A stretch of DNA of 64,000 bases from Phoronis australis (Eukaryota > Animalia > Phoronida), in contig NMRA01000339.1 in the NCBI GenBank assembly GCA_002633005.1, positions 206,685-270,684 on the forward strand, read 5' to 3'. Below the pieces are notes generated by a model that ran no database searches, was not told the origin of the DNA, and saw nothing but the letters and a program-made list of their open reading frames with translations. This document shows, piece by piece, positions 54,051-64,000 of the stretch. Within the stretch, counting starts at the first letter, position 1, and every line of letters starts with the position of its first letter. The position numbers and the translations under genes were made by a program.

Positions 54051-54300
54051 ACATTAACTCGACTACTTGGAACGTTCGATTTGGTTGGAATGGCCGTTTC
54101 TGGTTTTGCAAAGTACCACAATTGGTCACGAATTAGCATCATTGCCCAGAAGCACGCAGACCCAATATGGACGCTGACACGTGATGGAGTGGAACTACTC
54201 GCAGTGGATAATAACATAACGGTGGCGTCCAAACTCACTCTAAACGAGGACTCCAACGACTTGAGAGAAATTTTAAAACTGTCAATCAACCGCAGCCGAA
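54051..54300 (+). CDS. NPR/membrane guanylyl cyclase-like, exon 4
   Basis: ttttag| TLTRLLGTFDLVGMAVSGFAKYHNWSRISIIAQKHADPIWTLTRDGVELLAVDNNITVASKLTLNEDSNDLREILKLSINRSR |gtaagt; T.TR and .NW.R..II motifs; phase 0-1. Confidence 0.93.
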
Positions 54301-56880
54301 GTAAGTACGATTATACATGTAGTGGTCAGTCCATATCCATTACTTGTTTTTGTTTTTACCAAAAATCTACTCGCCTAGTTGTACAATTATGGTCTTCTAA
54401 TTAAATCTATTTTCGAATGATTAAGTCACGGATGTTCGTCAAAAGTTTAGAATTTGAATATGGTTAGCGACCACTGGTCCTTATTGATTTCTCATAAAAT
54501 CAGCACCTCGAATGTTTCGATATTTTGGGATTTCCGAGGAAACGTTGTCACATCGTCCACCGGCAAAACCCATGTGTCATGACGACCAAGACCTCGTTTA
54601 CATGTACATGACGATGTTTACTACTGGTAAAAGTTTCACGCCTTTTGCATGTCACGGTTGCGCTGGATATACACCACCCCGTTGAGGTGCAATTGTCATA
54701 TTTATTTCTTTTTAAGAACAAATCAGATTTTAGTTTCTCATCTCAAAAGTTCTTTGTTGTAGCGTTGAATTTCCAAAAGCCAGGTCGCCATGAACCCTAT
54801 TAAGCTATATTGCTTTCATCAGCAACTATATAGTCAGTATCAGCATTCTCATAAGAACATAGAATATCCGAATTTGGGATTCCATTTTTGCGAAAAAACA
54901 TTTTGGGCGAAACAATAATCGCCAATTGTTGACATGCAACTTCCATACATGTACATATAGATACCTGTACAATGTACCACCGGGGCAATTGAGAAATCCC
55001 ATATTTTAACGCTTGCTGTGTGGATATCTCACGCAGCATGGTATCAACTAGTCGGGTGTGGACGAATGTAGTTCGTCAGCAGGAAAATCGTAGCTCCGGA
55101 AAGATTACCCACTCTGCGTTTACCAAATTTTGTGACCATCTTATGAACTCCCACCAACTACCTTTTTGTTTTATAATATTTTGCGAGCAATTCTTGGTAA
55201 AATGAGTAGGTCTGCCTCCAGAAATTTTTGAAACGTATCATTCTTCAACTTCTAAATTTTCGTTTACTTTGTTTTTTACAACTAAGAAGGTATACAGAAC
55301 CCGTCTGTGTCAAAAACTTTGATCTACAGTAGCTCCTTTTGTGTGGATCAGGGCAATTACCGCATTAGCGATGACTTCGAGGCAATAAAAGACAGGCAGA
55401 AATAAGACTATCGTAGACTAAAACGGTTGATTTTCTATCAAATTGTCTTCCGAAATTGAAGTGTCTTTGAAAAAAATTGTTGTGGTCGTTCTTTCCCAAA
55501 GAAATGCGTTAAGCACTGTTCAAAATGCGATTTTCATTGTTTATGTTGTGCATATCAAGGTAGTGTGTTTAATGCAATGCCAGATGCACAATTGAATGAT
55601 GACCTGTGAGCGCCAACAAAAGATTGCTAGAACGCTTTGACAATAACAACCGTGTTACCTGATTCTGGAAACTCCTTTCGTCTGGAGTTGAAACTGTACG
55701 GGGTACATTTTTTACTATACCAAGAAACCACTGTATTCATGTTTTAAGAAAACAATGGAAAACACATAGGGACACATTTATAAATTCGAGCTGGCACATT
55801 TGACAAAATTTTATACAAACAATCCGATAAAGAAGCTGTTAAGTGTGTGAACCGTTTTGCTTCGTGTGACAAATACCATGCAAACTCATGAAATATGACG
55901 TCGCTTTAGTATAATGTTACAAAGGTACATTTCTCGCTTGTGCATTTGACATAAATTGTAACAATTACATAAAATGTAACAACTTCTTACAGTTTAGAAG
56001 AAGCCCAGCAACGTACTATAAAATGTAACTGTTGTTAATACATTTTACGATATTGTTACATTTTACTGCAAATCACAGCTCTTCTTCCAAAGCACGACTG
56101 ATTGACTGTATGACAGCGTTGCCTGTCACGTAGTTTGATGCTGTACAAGCTTACTTAAACTCTTCTAAGAAGAGCCAAACGAATTCAAAATATACTTCTC
56201 TTGAATGGCCTGTTTGGGGGCTGGCATCCTTTTATCTTGGTGTAGAATAAGACTCGCCACGAACGTGTGCCGTAGACTGACCTCCTAACTAACATGCGTT
56301 ATAGATTGTGAATACAGAGGCGATGTAAGACCCAAGAAAATGTCCAAACGTAACTAATGACAGATAAGATTCCTGTTACGCTTTTGCATATGACGTTGTA
56401 CTTGCCTCTCTCCAAAGGTGTTTAGGAATTATTTTTGAAATGCTGCACGTTTGCATAAGGGGCTACCAAAAGTTGATAAGACTTTTTGTGATTTTTAAGT
56501 AAATATGTGAAACTTGAATAAAACTAAAACGAAAACGAAATCATATTATAGGAAAGTGTAAAAATATTTTCAAGATTTCACCTTGACCAATTGTATCAAA
56601 AGAAATTTTGTTACTGACACCGGGATTTTTCTTTTGATATACATGTACCAGTCTTGCCATTTTCTCAACAAAACATGGTCATGGAACCCAATTAATGACA
56701 GAGCGGCATAAGGTTATAAAGTATACGCGCTTTCTACTTTCAGAAAATATATGTATTTATACAGAGCTATAACGTATATTGTTTTCTAAATATTTGGGTT
56801 AATGCATAGACTTCTCGATAAGTTAATGCATAATCTTTAGCTGATCACATGCGATTTGATTGTTAACACCTACCTTACAG

Positions 56881-57026
56881 TCATTGTGGTCGCCGTTAGA
56901 GGTGAAGTCTTCCGGGAATTGATGTTACTTGCCCTTGAATTAGGACTTATCAGCGGAGACTATGTCTTTATCTGTGTCAACTTTTACACACAAAAAAGAG
57001 TCTATGGGGACTTCAGTTGGTATAGG
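56881..57026 (+). CDS. NPR/membrane guanylyl cyclase-like, exon 5
   Basis: ttacag| (I)IVVAVRGEVFRELMLLALELGLISGDYVFICVNFYTQKRVYGDFSWYR |gtaagt; R.LML.A..LG...GDYVF motif; phase 1-0. Confidence 0.94.
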
Positions 57027-57112
57027 GTAAGTACGCCAAGTGTTTTATTGTAGCCCCCGAGAAACTAGACATGGGCGAATCACATATACAGTGTACTTCG
57101 TCGCAGGGCATA

Positions 57113-57276
57113 CCGTATTGCCGCACCATTAGGTCCATGGGCGTCTGTGCAGAAGTGCACTTATATGCGAAACTTAGGCGCATGCGCTAAATATGCTAAG
57201 CACTTAGGTGAAAAGGCTACAAAAACCCATTATTTGGGATATTGGCCCATGGGCCTAAAAGCGGTGCCAATACAAG
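57113..57276. mobile_element. Tc1/mariner-type MITE with CCGTA ends
   Basis: TA|CCGTATTGCCGCACCATTAGGTCCATGGGC ... GCCCATGGGCCTAAAAGCGGTGCCAATACAAG|TA. Confidence 0.65.
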
Positions 57277-57358
57277 TATTGTATGCGTGTATTTTAGGGA
57301 TACGCAAAAACTGCCTAGGTGTTTATTTAAACATCCCATTTCATTGAGCAGGTATGCG

Positions 57359-57544
57359 CAGTGCTGTAGTGGGGTGTAGGTGCACGTAGGCGCAGCCAAC
57401 CACCTTTTGGCATTTAAACGTAGCGCCTACCCACCGTAAATTACGTTATAGTGCGAATTCAGTGCACTTTTTAAATTCACTGCTCAAGGTGATACCGTAG
57501 GCATTGGGCGCTTACTTACCTCTAATTTTACCACTACAGCACTG
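57359..57544 (+). mobile_element. hAT MITE with 8-bp TSD
   Basis: Perfect 14-bp TIRs CAGTGCTGTAGTGG/CCACTACAGCACTG; TSD GGTATGCG/GATATGCG. Confidence 0.85.
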
Positions 57545-58056
57545 GATATGCGTGCATGTAGTTACTGCATTTATATATGGATCGCCAACGTGTTCTTTTG
57601 AGAATGCGCATTGCTCTCGTTGAGACTGGTAATTTTGAAAGCCTTGCAATCGTCACTGTAACAATGCATACGTGCACAGCATGTACTTCACGCTTCAGAT
57701 GTTTATAAATTGGTACCTGCGGTATATTCTTGTACTTTGGATTGCTATGGAATCCGCCTTACTAACACAGTACGAGCATGTTCTATCAGCGCCTTGTGAA
57801 TTCACGCATTCTCAGAATGATGAGTTGACTCTAATGATTTAAATGCGCCATTGTATAAATTCTCAATATGACACGTTGGGTTGGTTTGCCACGAAATTCG
57901 CCACCAGGGCCTACTGTATAATAGGAGGAGCGTGTTCTGTTCAGCAACTTCAATCAAACGTGTGTTATACAACGATCGCAAGATACTCCTACAGAACGTG
58001 TGAAACGCACGCGTTCTCAAAATAACACGGAGGTTGGGTATGAAATTCGCCGTTGG

Positions 58057-58343
58057 CAGTAGCGGATTTAGGGGGGCAAGGGGGCCATGGCCCCCCTAAA
58101 ATTTTTCCAGATACCATTTGGCAGTTCAGGGTGCTGACTAGCACATGCGTGCACCCAGGGGGGCTCGGGGCCCGGATGCATAATGCATAAGTCTCGAACA
58201 AACCCCGTTTACAGTTTTTTTAGTAACCCAAAAATTTGAGACCCCTGCATCCCTACATTTTAGGCTGGACGCGCGCATGTCGCGAAATGCTATTTATTCC
58301 TGTGACTTGCCTCCCCAACTCAAAAATCCTGGATCCGCCCCTG
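58057..58343 (+). mobile_element. hAT-like MITE (5-bp TSD GTTGG) with a nested second MITE at ~58144-58279
   Basis: Outer CAGTAGCGGAT...ATCCGCCCCTG with a perfect GTTGG duplication; inner CATGCGTGCACCCAG...CTGGACGCGCGCATG (relative at ~9677-9710). Confidence 0.8.
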
Positions 58344-59207
58344 GTTGGTACCTCAGCGCGTTCTGTTAGCGACTTCCGGATTCAAGCGAAAGTGCACTGT
58401 AAATCGACAAGTACGAGTGAAATGCACGCGTCTCCAAAATAACACGTTACCTCCCAAGACATTTAATCCCGTTAGTCTGACTGGGCAAATCCCTACTTCT
58501 TCGAGAAGTGATTCCCTAATACAAGGCGCATGGGTTAACAAACCAGTAGGAGCACACAAGTACCTTTGCAACAGACGCGTGTATTAAACTGGCTCGTTGT
58601 GTGTGACTTTTAACCGTTGTTGTTAGTTCTTTCCATTAGATTGTTTATTGTTAAATCGAAAACATCAATTGTGTTAAATAAATCAACAACTTTCACTCTC
58701 ACCAGCATGATATTTAAGGTACATGCTACTTAATGCGGATATTGGCCAAGTTTAAGATACTTATCTGGTAGAGGCATGGACGCATGTATGCAGTTGTCTT
58801 TAAAAATTACTGTTCGCGCCTTATTTGCTGATTACTTTTGTCTGTGGCAAGTGGAAACATTTTCTGGATCTACAGTACATGTACGCCAATGCATTTAATC
58901 AATCCATAATGCGACGAAATATTTATACTTCCTCCCTCTCTCCCTCCTCCCTCCTTCCCACAACCGTCCGAAGTTGGTGCAACTCCGGACGGTCTGGGGT
59001 CAACAGAAAACCACAGTTTAACTGTGAGTCTACCCCAATGTGACAAACGAGAATGGTTCTACTTGCTGCGTCAGCTGCAGGTATGCTTATCTCTTTTATG
59101 ACACACAATGTGTGACTGGGCAAAGCGTTTTCAAAATAATGTGGATAAATCAGTGGAGTGTGAGACCCCTGAGGTCCCTGTCAAGTCCTCACAACAATTC
59201 TACCTTA

Positions 59208-59372
59208 TGCTCCCTCTCTTCTCCCATTCCTCTTCCTTCTTCCCTCCCTCCCTCCTTTCTCCCTCCCCTCACACCCCCACCCTCTTCCTCCTTTCTCCCT
59301 CCCTTTCTGTGCCTTCTTCCCTCCCTCCCTCCTTTCTCCCTCCCTTTCTGTGCGTTCTTCTTTCCCTCTCCC
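59208..59372. repeat. CT-rich polypyrimidine low-complexity tract
   Basis: Read directly. Confidence 0.9.
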
Positions 59373-59506
59373 GTTTCAGCACCACGACGTATTTTGTCAA
59401 ATCTGTTCATGTCTCTCGTCATACGAAACAAGTCGAATGGTTACCACTGTTGCTCTTTATTTAGTTTTCTTTGAATTTAAACATGTTTTCGTTTTAATGC
59501 ATGTAG

Positions 59507-59662
59507 TCTGATGTGCACGATGAAAAAGCTCTGGAAGCATACAGGGGTGTAATTTGGGTCAACTACTTTGAACCAGCGACTGCCGAATACAGAGATTTTA
59601 AAGAAAAGGTCAAGACACGTGCAAAGCGTGAATTTGGCTTTGAGTTCGGGCCGACTGAGCAG
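59507..59662 (+). CDS. NPR/membrane guanylyl cyclase-like, exon 6
   Basis: atgtag| SDVHDEKALEAYRGVIWVNYFEPATAEYRDFKEKVKTRAKREFGFEFGPTEQ |gtaac; D..A..AY and P...EY..F...VK..A...F motifs; phase 0-0. Confidence 0.92.
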
Positions 59663-60314
59663 GTAACGTAAGGGTAATCAATTTGTCCTCATAAATGTAC
59701 AAGTAGGAAGCGGGGAGCAGGCGGTGAGCGCCAGTTTAGTTACGGCGCTTGGGATGCAGACTGCGCACATGGAAGGACTATAAAGTACCTCTTGAAGAGA
59801 CAGACAAATATTTCGCGGTTCTACCGTGCAGTTGCTGAAGCCTTGCATTACAGGCCTACTGTGGTTATGGAAATTGCCAACATCTTTGCTCCACTAAAAG
59901 AAATCTTTCTGTGCTAATGATAACATTGGATGTTTGGTTTTCTGACGTATAAGCAATTATCGTGGATCTTCTCATCTATATTGAACCCAGGGTGGAAGTA
60001 CATGTAGTCCCGTTAAGTCTTCCGATGCGGTCAACTATATTAAGAGGAGGATGTTCTGAAAATATGTCATGCATTCTGCAGTGCTGGCCCAAATTGTCAC
60101 AGTTTTAAAATTGTGACAATTTGGGACGGTATGACGATTTGAGCGTGCAGTGCACAGTGCGTCAAGTACTCTGTCTACACGCAGTGTTGTCACACGACTT
60201 ACGTACATGTAACTAATTGCGAATCAAACAGAGGATTAAGGTATTTCGGCGAGTGGCAATAGTTTTGCTCAAAATATGTATCTGGTAACGTCTGAATATC
60301 ATGTTCTCCTTTAG

Positions 60315-60450
60315 GTGCCGTACCAGGCATCCAATCTGTACGAAGCAATCTGGATGTACGCTATTGCAATGAACGAAACTCTGGCAACTGGCGGTGACAC
60401 CTCTAACGGAACCCTCATTTCACAGCGCCTCTGGGGAAGGGATTTTGGAG
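60315..60450 (+). CDS. NPR/membrane guanylyl cyclase-like, exon 7
   Basis: ctttag| VPYQASNLYEAIWMYAIAMNETLATGGDTSNGTLISQRLWGRDFG(G) |gtatt; YA.A.NETL..GG...NG..I...LW.R.F.G motif; phase 0-1. Confidence 0.94.
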
Positions 60451-60923
60451 GTATTTGTATGGATATTTTATCTACATGAGTTCCGTGGAATCATATGTGC
60501 CACATAGTATACCCACACCATAGACGCACCCCCCATTTGGAGAAGTGGCCAAATAGGTCCGCCTCAGAGAAACAAAAAGTCCGAAAAAGCGGGACATGAT
60601 AGGAATTCAGTGCGAATGCACAACAGGTCTGAACGTAGTATCCCGGTTTTTTAGACCCCATTTTTGTCGGTAAAAGGTCTACATACTGAAAAATTCGAGC
60701 CACCCATATTTTAGACCGGTTGTGCGCAAGCGCACCATTCTCTTTTCAATTGTGTCTGTGTAATTGCTTACCGGCTTCATCTCCTAGAACACGACGGGTG
60801 AAGGTATTTGGCTCTTTGTAAGCCTTAAGTCGCCATCGAGAAACAATCAGATTGGAACCGGCGAAGTCAATCAAGTACAGCCAAAGTTTTAATGTATTTA
60901 TTCTGGGACAACTATTGTTTCAG

Positions 60924-61012
60924 GAATTACTGGCACGATTTCGCTTAACAGTAACGGAGACCGGGAACAAGGTTATACCATTCTTCAAACGAGGGCGAAC
61001 GGAGCGTCAGAG
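60924..61012 (+). CDS. NPR/membrane guanylyl cyclase-like, exon 8
   Basis: tttcag| (G)ITGTISLNSNGDREQGYTILQTRANGASE |gtaca; GITG...N.NGDR motif; phase 1-0. Confidence 0.92.
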
Positions 61013-61096
61013 GTACATTGTTCTTCTTCTGCCCTTTTTCGTTCTTTCTCCGCATTATTATCGCATTCACCCCCCTGTGGTGCACCGCCTGTAGAC

Positions 61097-61167
61097 CATG
61101 GGCGGCAGAGCACTGAAAAAAGTGGGGAGGCTATAGCCCCTTCAGCCCCCTATGGTCACCGCCCATG
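61097..61167. mobile_element. ~70-bp mini-MITE
   Basis: CATGGGCGG...CCGCCCATG; matches 25772-25840. Confidence 0.65.
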
Positions 61168-61950
61168 AATTACCACTGGCCTTTTTGTTAGGTCTACCTA
61201 TACAAACATTTAACTTGGCAGCTCGTTGGGCAGGAACAGGTCGATTGCCAGTGTAGGTTGATAAACTCAAATAATTAAATACTAGCTAAGAACTGTTATG
61301 TGACCACAAAATATATAAGTCTAAGAATGTTACACTTCCCAATAAAAATTCACTGAGAATTACATAGATAGCAAGGATTTCAAAGATAAACTACTTGAAT
61401 CCAGAAATAGATGTAAAGGTGTGGAATACCCACGTTGGAACGGATCATTGTTGTTTCAGACTAATATCGCTATAGACAGGTTGATTAAAAATGATCTCGA
61501 GCTGGAATACTATGAAACTCATGTTGAAAACTGTGCTGATCTTCGCAAGATACAGATGTGCTCAATTCAGTTTATTGTCGGCAGCAGAACGAGTACTGAA
61601 CGTTCACAAATGTTATGGCGTTGGTGGCAATGAAATTCATTTTTAGTAGCGCGTCTTTTTTATAACAATCTTCTACAATTATCAGCATTATTGTCAATCG
61701 TAATTTTGTTGGAATAATAATGAAAACTTGTGTAAATGAGTTAAAAAACGCGTTTGATTTTTTGTCTAATGCTAAAAAGATGTGAATATTGTCGATGTAT
61801 AAGTTTGTGCTCATTTTTACATAATTGCTTGTATGCAAAGTAGACGAGACGTTGTGTTAATTCGATTCCTGGGCAGTGGTGTTATATACCATATTCCATG
61901 ATACATTTATGCGCATAAAATAAAATTTCATTTGTGAAAAACTTCTTCAG

Positions 61951-62086
61951 CTGATGGGGCATTTCTTCAGTAAGAAACAAGTGTTCGACCCCAAACCAGG
62001 CCAGGAATATATTTGGGCCGCGGGAAGAACCAGCACACCATCGGACTCTCCGAGATGTGGATGGAAAGGAGAACTATGTGAGGAAC
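61951..62086 (+). CDS. NPR/membrane guanylyl cyclase-like, exon 9 (juxtamembrane hinge)
   Basis: cttcag| LMGHFFSKKQVFDPKPGQEYIWAAGRTSTPSDSPRCGWKGELCEE |gtaggt; W.......P.D.P.CG.....C motif. An alternative donor at 62090 is possible. Confidence 0.88.
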
Positions 62087-62306
62087 GTAGGTGTTCTTGC
62101 TGAAACACTTCAACTTTTGTTTTACGACTGCCTACTTTGTCCTGGTATTTTATAGTTTTCAAGAATTAATCAATGAAAATATACTAAATCCTGCTTTGAC
62201 GATTTCAATCATTCCTCGTTCTGTCACCTGCTAATGCATCATTTGCGTCAATCCTCCAAGTTAAGGCAGGAATCAACTAAACTGACTCATTCTCCCTGTG
62301 CCACAG

Positions 62307-62326
62307 ATTGGATGTTATCATCCTTG
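62307..62326 (+). CDS. Probable 20-nt micro-exon preceding the transmembrane exon
   Basis: Branch-like CTGAC + pyrimidine tract + CACAG acceptor and a strong GTGAGT donor. Reads (R)LDVIIL or (H)WMLSSL depending on the upstream donor. Confidence 0.45.
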
Positions 62327-64000
62327 GTGAGTGGTCTTTTCCGACGGTTGCCGTGTAGTTCGCTAAAAGCGTAGGTAACGCATTCTCGGTTTGCAGACTT
62401 TGTAAGGAGTTTTCCAATATTCATCCCTCCTTTTGAGGGTTACCGAGGGTTACAGAACATTTTGTTTCAGAGAACTGGATGGGAAAGTGGTTTTTAGTAC
62501 CGGGTTTGGTATCCTTTTAATTATACCACATGTCAGGGTAATTTTGTTTTGACGGTTTTGATCACGCAAACCATTCTATTTCATACAAGTAAACAGTCTC
62601 CATGTTTAATCTTGCACATTTCAGTGAAATTTGACTTTTAACTTTGTCTTATTCCGCAAATTGCACATGGCGAAAAAGAACCTAATGTATTTGAACACAA
62701 GGATGAAATTAGATGCCCATCTGGTGTGTGGGCTACACATGTACGTGTACATGAGGGCTTCCCGCAGCCTCCTCGGATAAGGGATGTTGTCGCTATCATG
62801 ACAAAACCGTGGTCATTGATCTTTTTATGGAAAGCGCATGTCGTCAACTACACAAACGATTGTGGGATAGTGATTATCCAAAGCAGACACTAGCAGACGT
62901 AACACAACGGATTCAGTGTTAAAATCCCTGAATCACTTTATTTTAGTAGTATTTTGGCAACCAAAAGTTCAGTTTATCACAGATACTAGTAAACACTAGC
63001 AGGTAGTATCTATTCAAATAAACCGCCAGTTTACCTAACAAGCCTAACAAATGATCACTTTCGGACACCTACTGTGACTGGGCGACGTTTCCCACAAGTC
63101 TCTCATTATCACACCGATCAAAATCAGAAAGACGTGACGTCTCATGAACTAATGCCTTGCCCTAATCCCAACCCAAACTCTAACCCTAACCCTGATCCTA
63201 ATCCGTACGATCCGTCACTCTAACGTTACCCTAGCCCCATGGAAACTTATGCCCATAATCCCTGTCTGGTTACGTCATTTCCGTTTGCTGTCGGATTCGG
63301 CTTGGCCCGAGAGTGCCTACCCACAAAGCAAAGCTCCGAGATGTGCGCGCAACTATTTTCGCTATCTGTAAAGGTCTGTTGGGAGCTGCATGATCCTCAG
63401 TCATCATGGGAATCCTAGAAGATGAGATAAAACGAATGTATAGAATTCCCAAAATGTAGATAATCATGGAATCTTCATGTCTTATTTTGTAAAAGAATTA
63501 AAAAGTCATGCATGACCCATTGGGTAACTTTGACAAACGATTGTCTCTAAGCACTTGCAATGTGATATACATGTCACTTTTGGTAATCAAAAATTCATTG
63601 AGATGAAAATAATAACTGAACTGACATCTGACGGAAACTGAAAATAGAACATACGAGCGTAGGAATAATGGAATGCTCTGAGTGTGGGATACAAGTCCAG
63701 CTCTATTCCATAATCCAGGAGTTGTCGCGCGTGCGATCGTCTGCTCAATTCGCTGTTAGTTCTTGGCTAGATGTTACGTAACACTCATTTGTACTTGAAT
63801 AATAAGATTAAATTGAACTTGAAAGATCTCAAGATCTCTACAGATCGAATATCTACCACTCATGGCGGTGCTGCTCCGGATAACAGCATTCCTACAATCC
63901 TTTGTATATACGATGTCTCTGTGGCGTGAAAAAGTCATCACCAGTTGTATTCACTGAAATTGGTGTTTGTTAAACAATTCCCCTGTCTTCATCTACCGAA

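Noticed and set aside
63155-63240. Interstitial telomere (CCCTAA-like units)
   Set aside because: Only ~2 perfect units; more likely an internal motif of a non-autonomous repeat.

Overview
Eukaryotic, AT-rich, repeat-dense genomic DNA that looks like a marine invertebrate (taxon not determinable), with an 801-nt assembly gap at 28880-29680. Two host genes are visible on the + strand. (1) The last coding exon of an evectin/PLEKHB-like tail-anchored protein lies at 1140-1267. (2) The 5' part of a natriuretic-peptide-receptor / membrane guanylyl cyclase-like gene has nine phase-compatible GT-AG exons from 31181 to 62086. They encode a signal peptide plus a ~445-aa ANF-receptor extracellular domain, followed by a probable 20-nt micro-exon; the TM and cytoplasmic exons are not in the window. 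The rest is mostly decayed mobile DNA: a P/Galileo-like element with a spliced THAP remnant, a Helentron-type (HINE) element carrying a satellite with 11 CTCF-like motifs, an Ngaro-type DIRS element, a Gypsy integrase remnant, an I/Nimb-like LINE, an HSE-rich LTR-like promoter, an EnSpm-like element containing a tandem Crypton-like dimer, a full-length dead mariner and many MITEs. The most striking unexplained signal is a large excess of TACATGTA and related TA-N(3-5)-TA motifs. Paralogue comparisons inside the window show that several of these are insertions at TA sites, consistent with stacked Tc1/mariner excision footprints. All calls are by eye; no searches were run.
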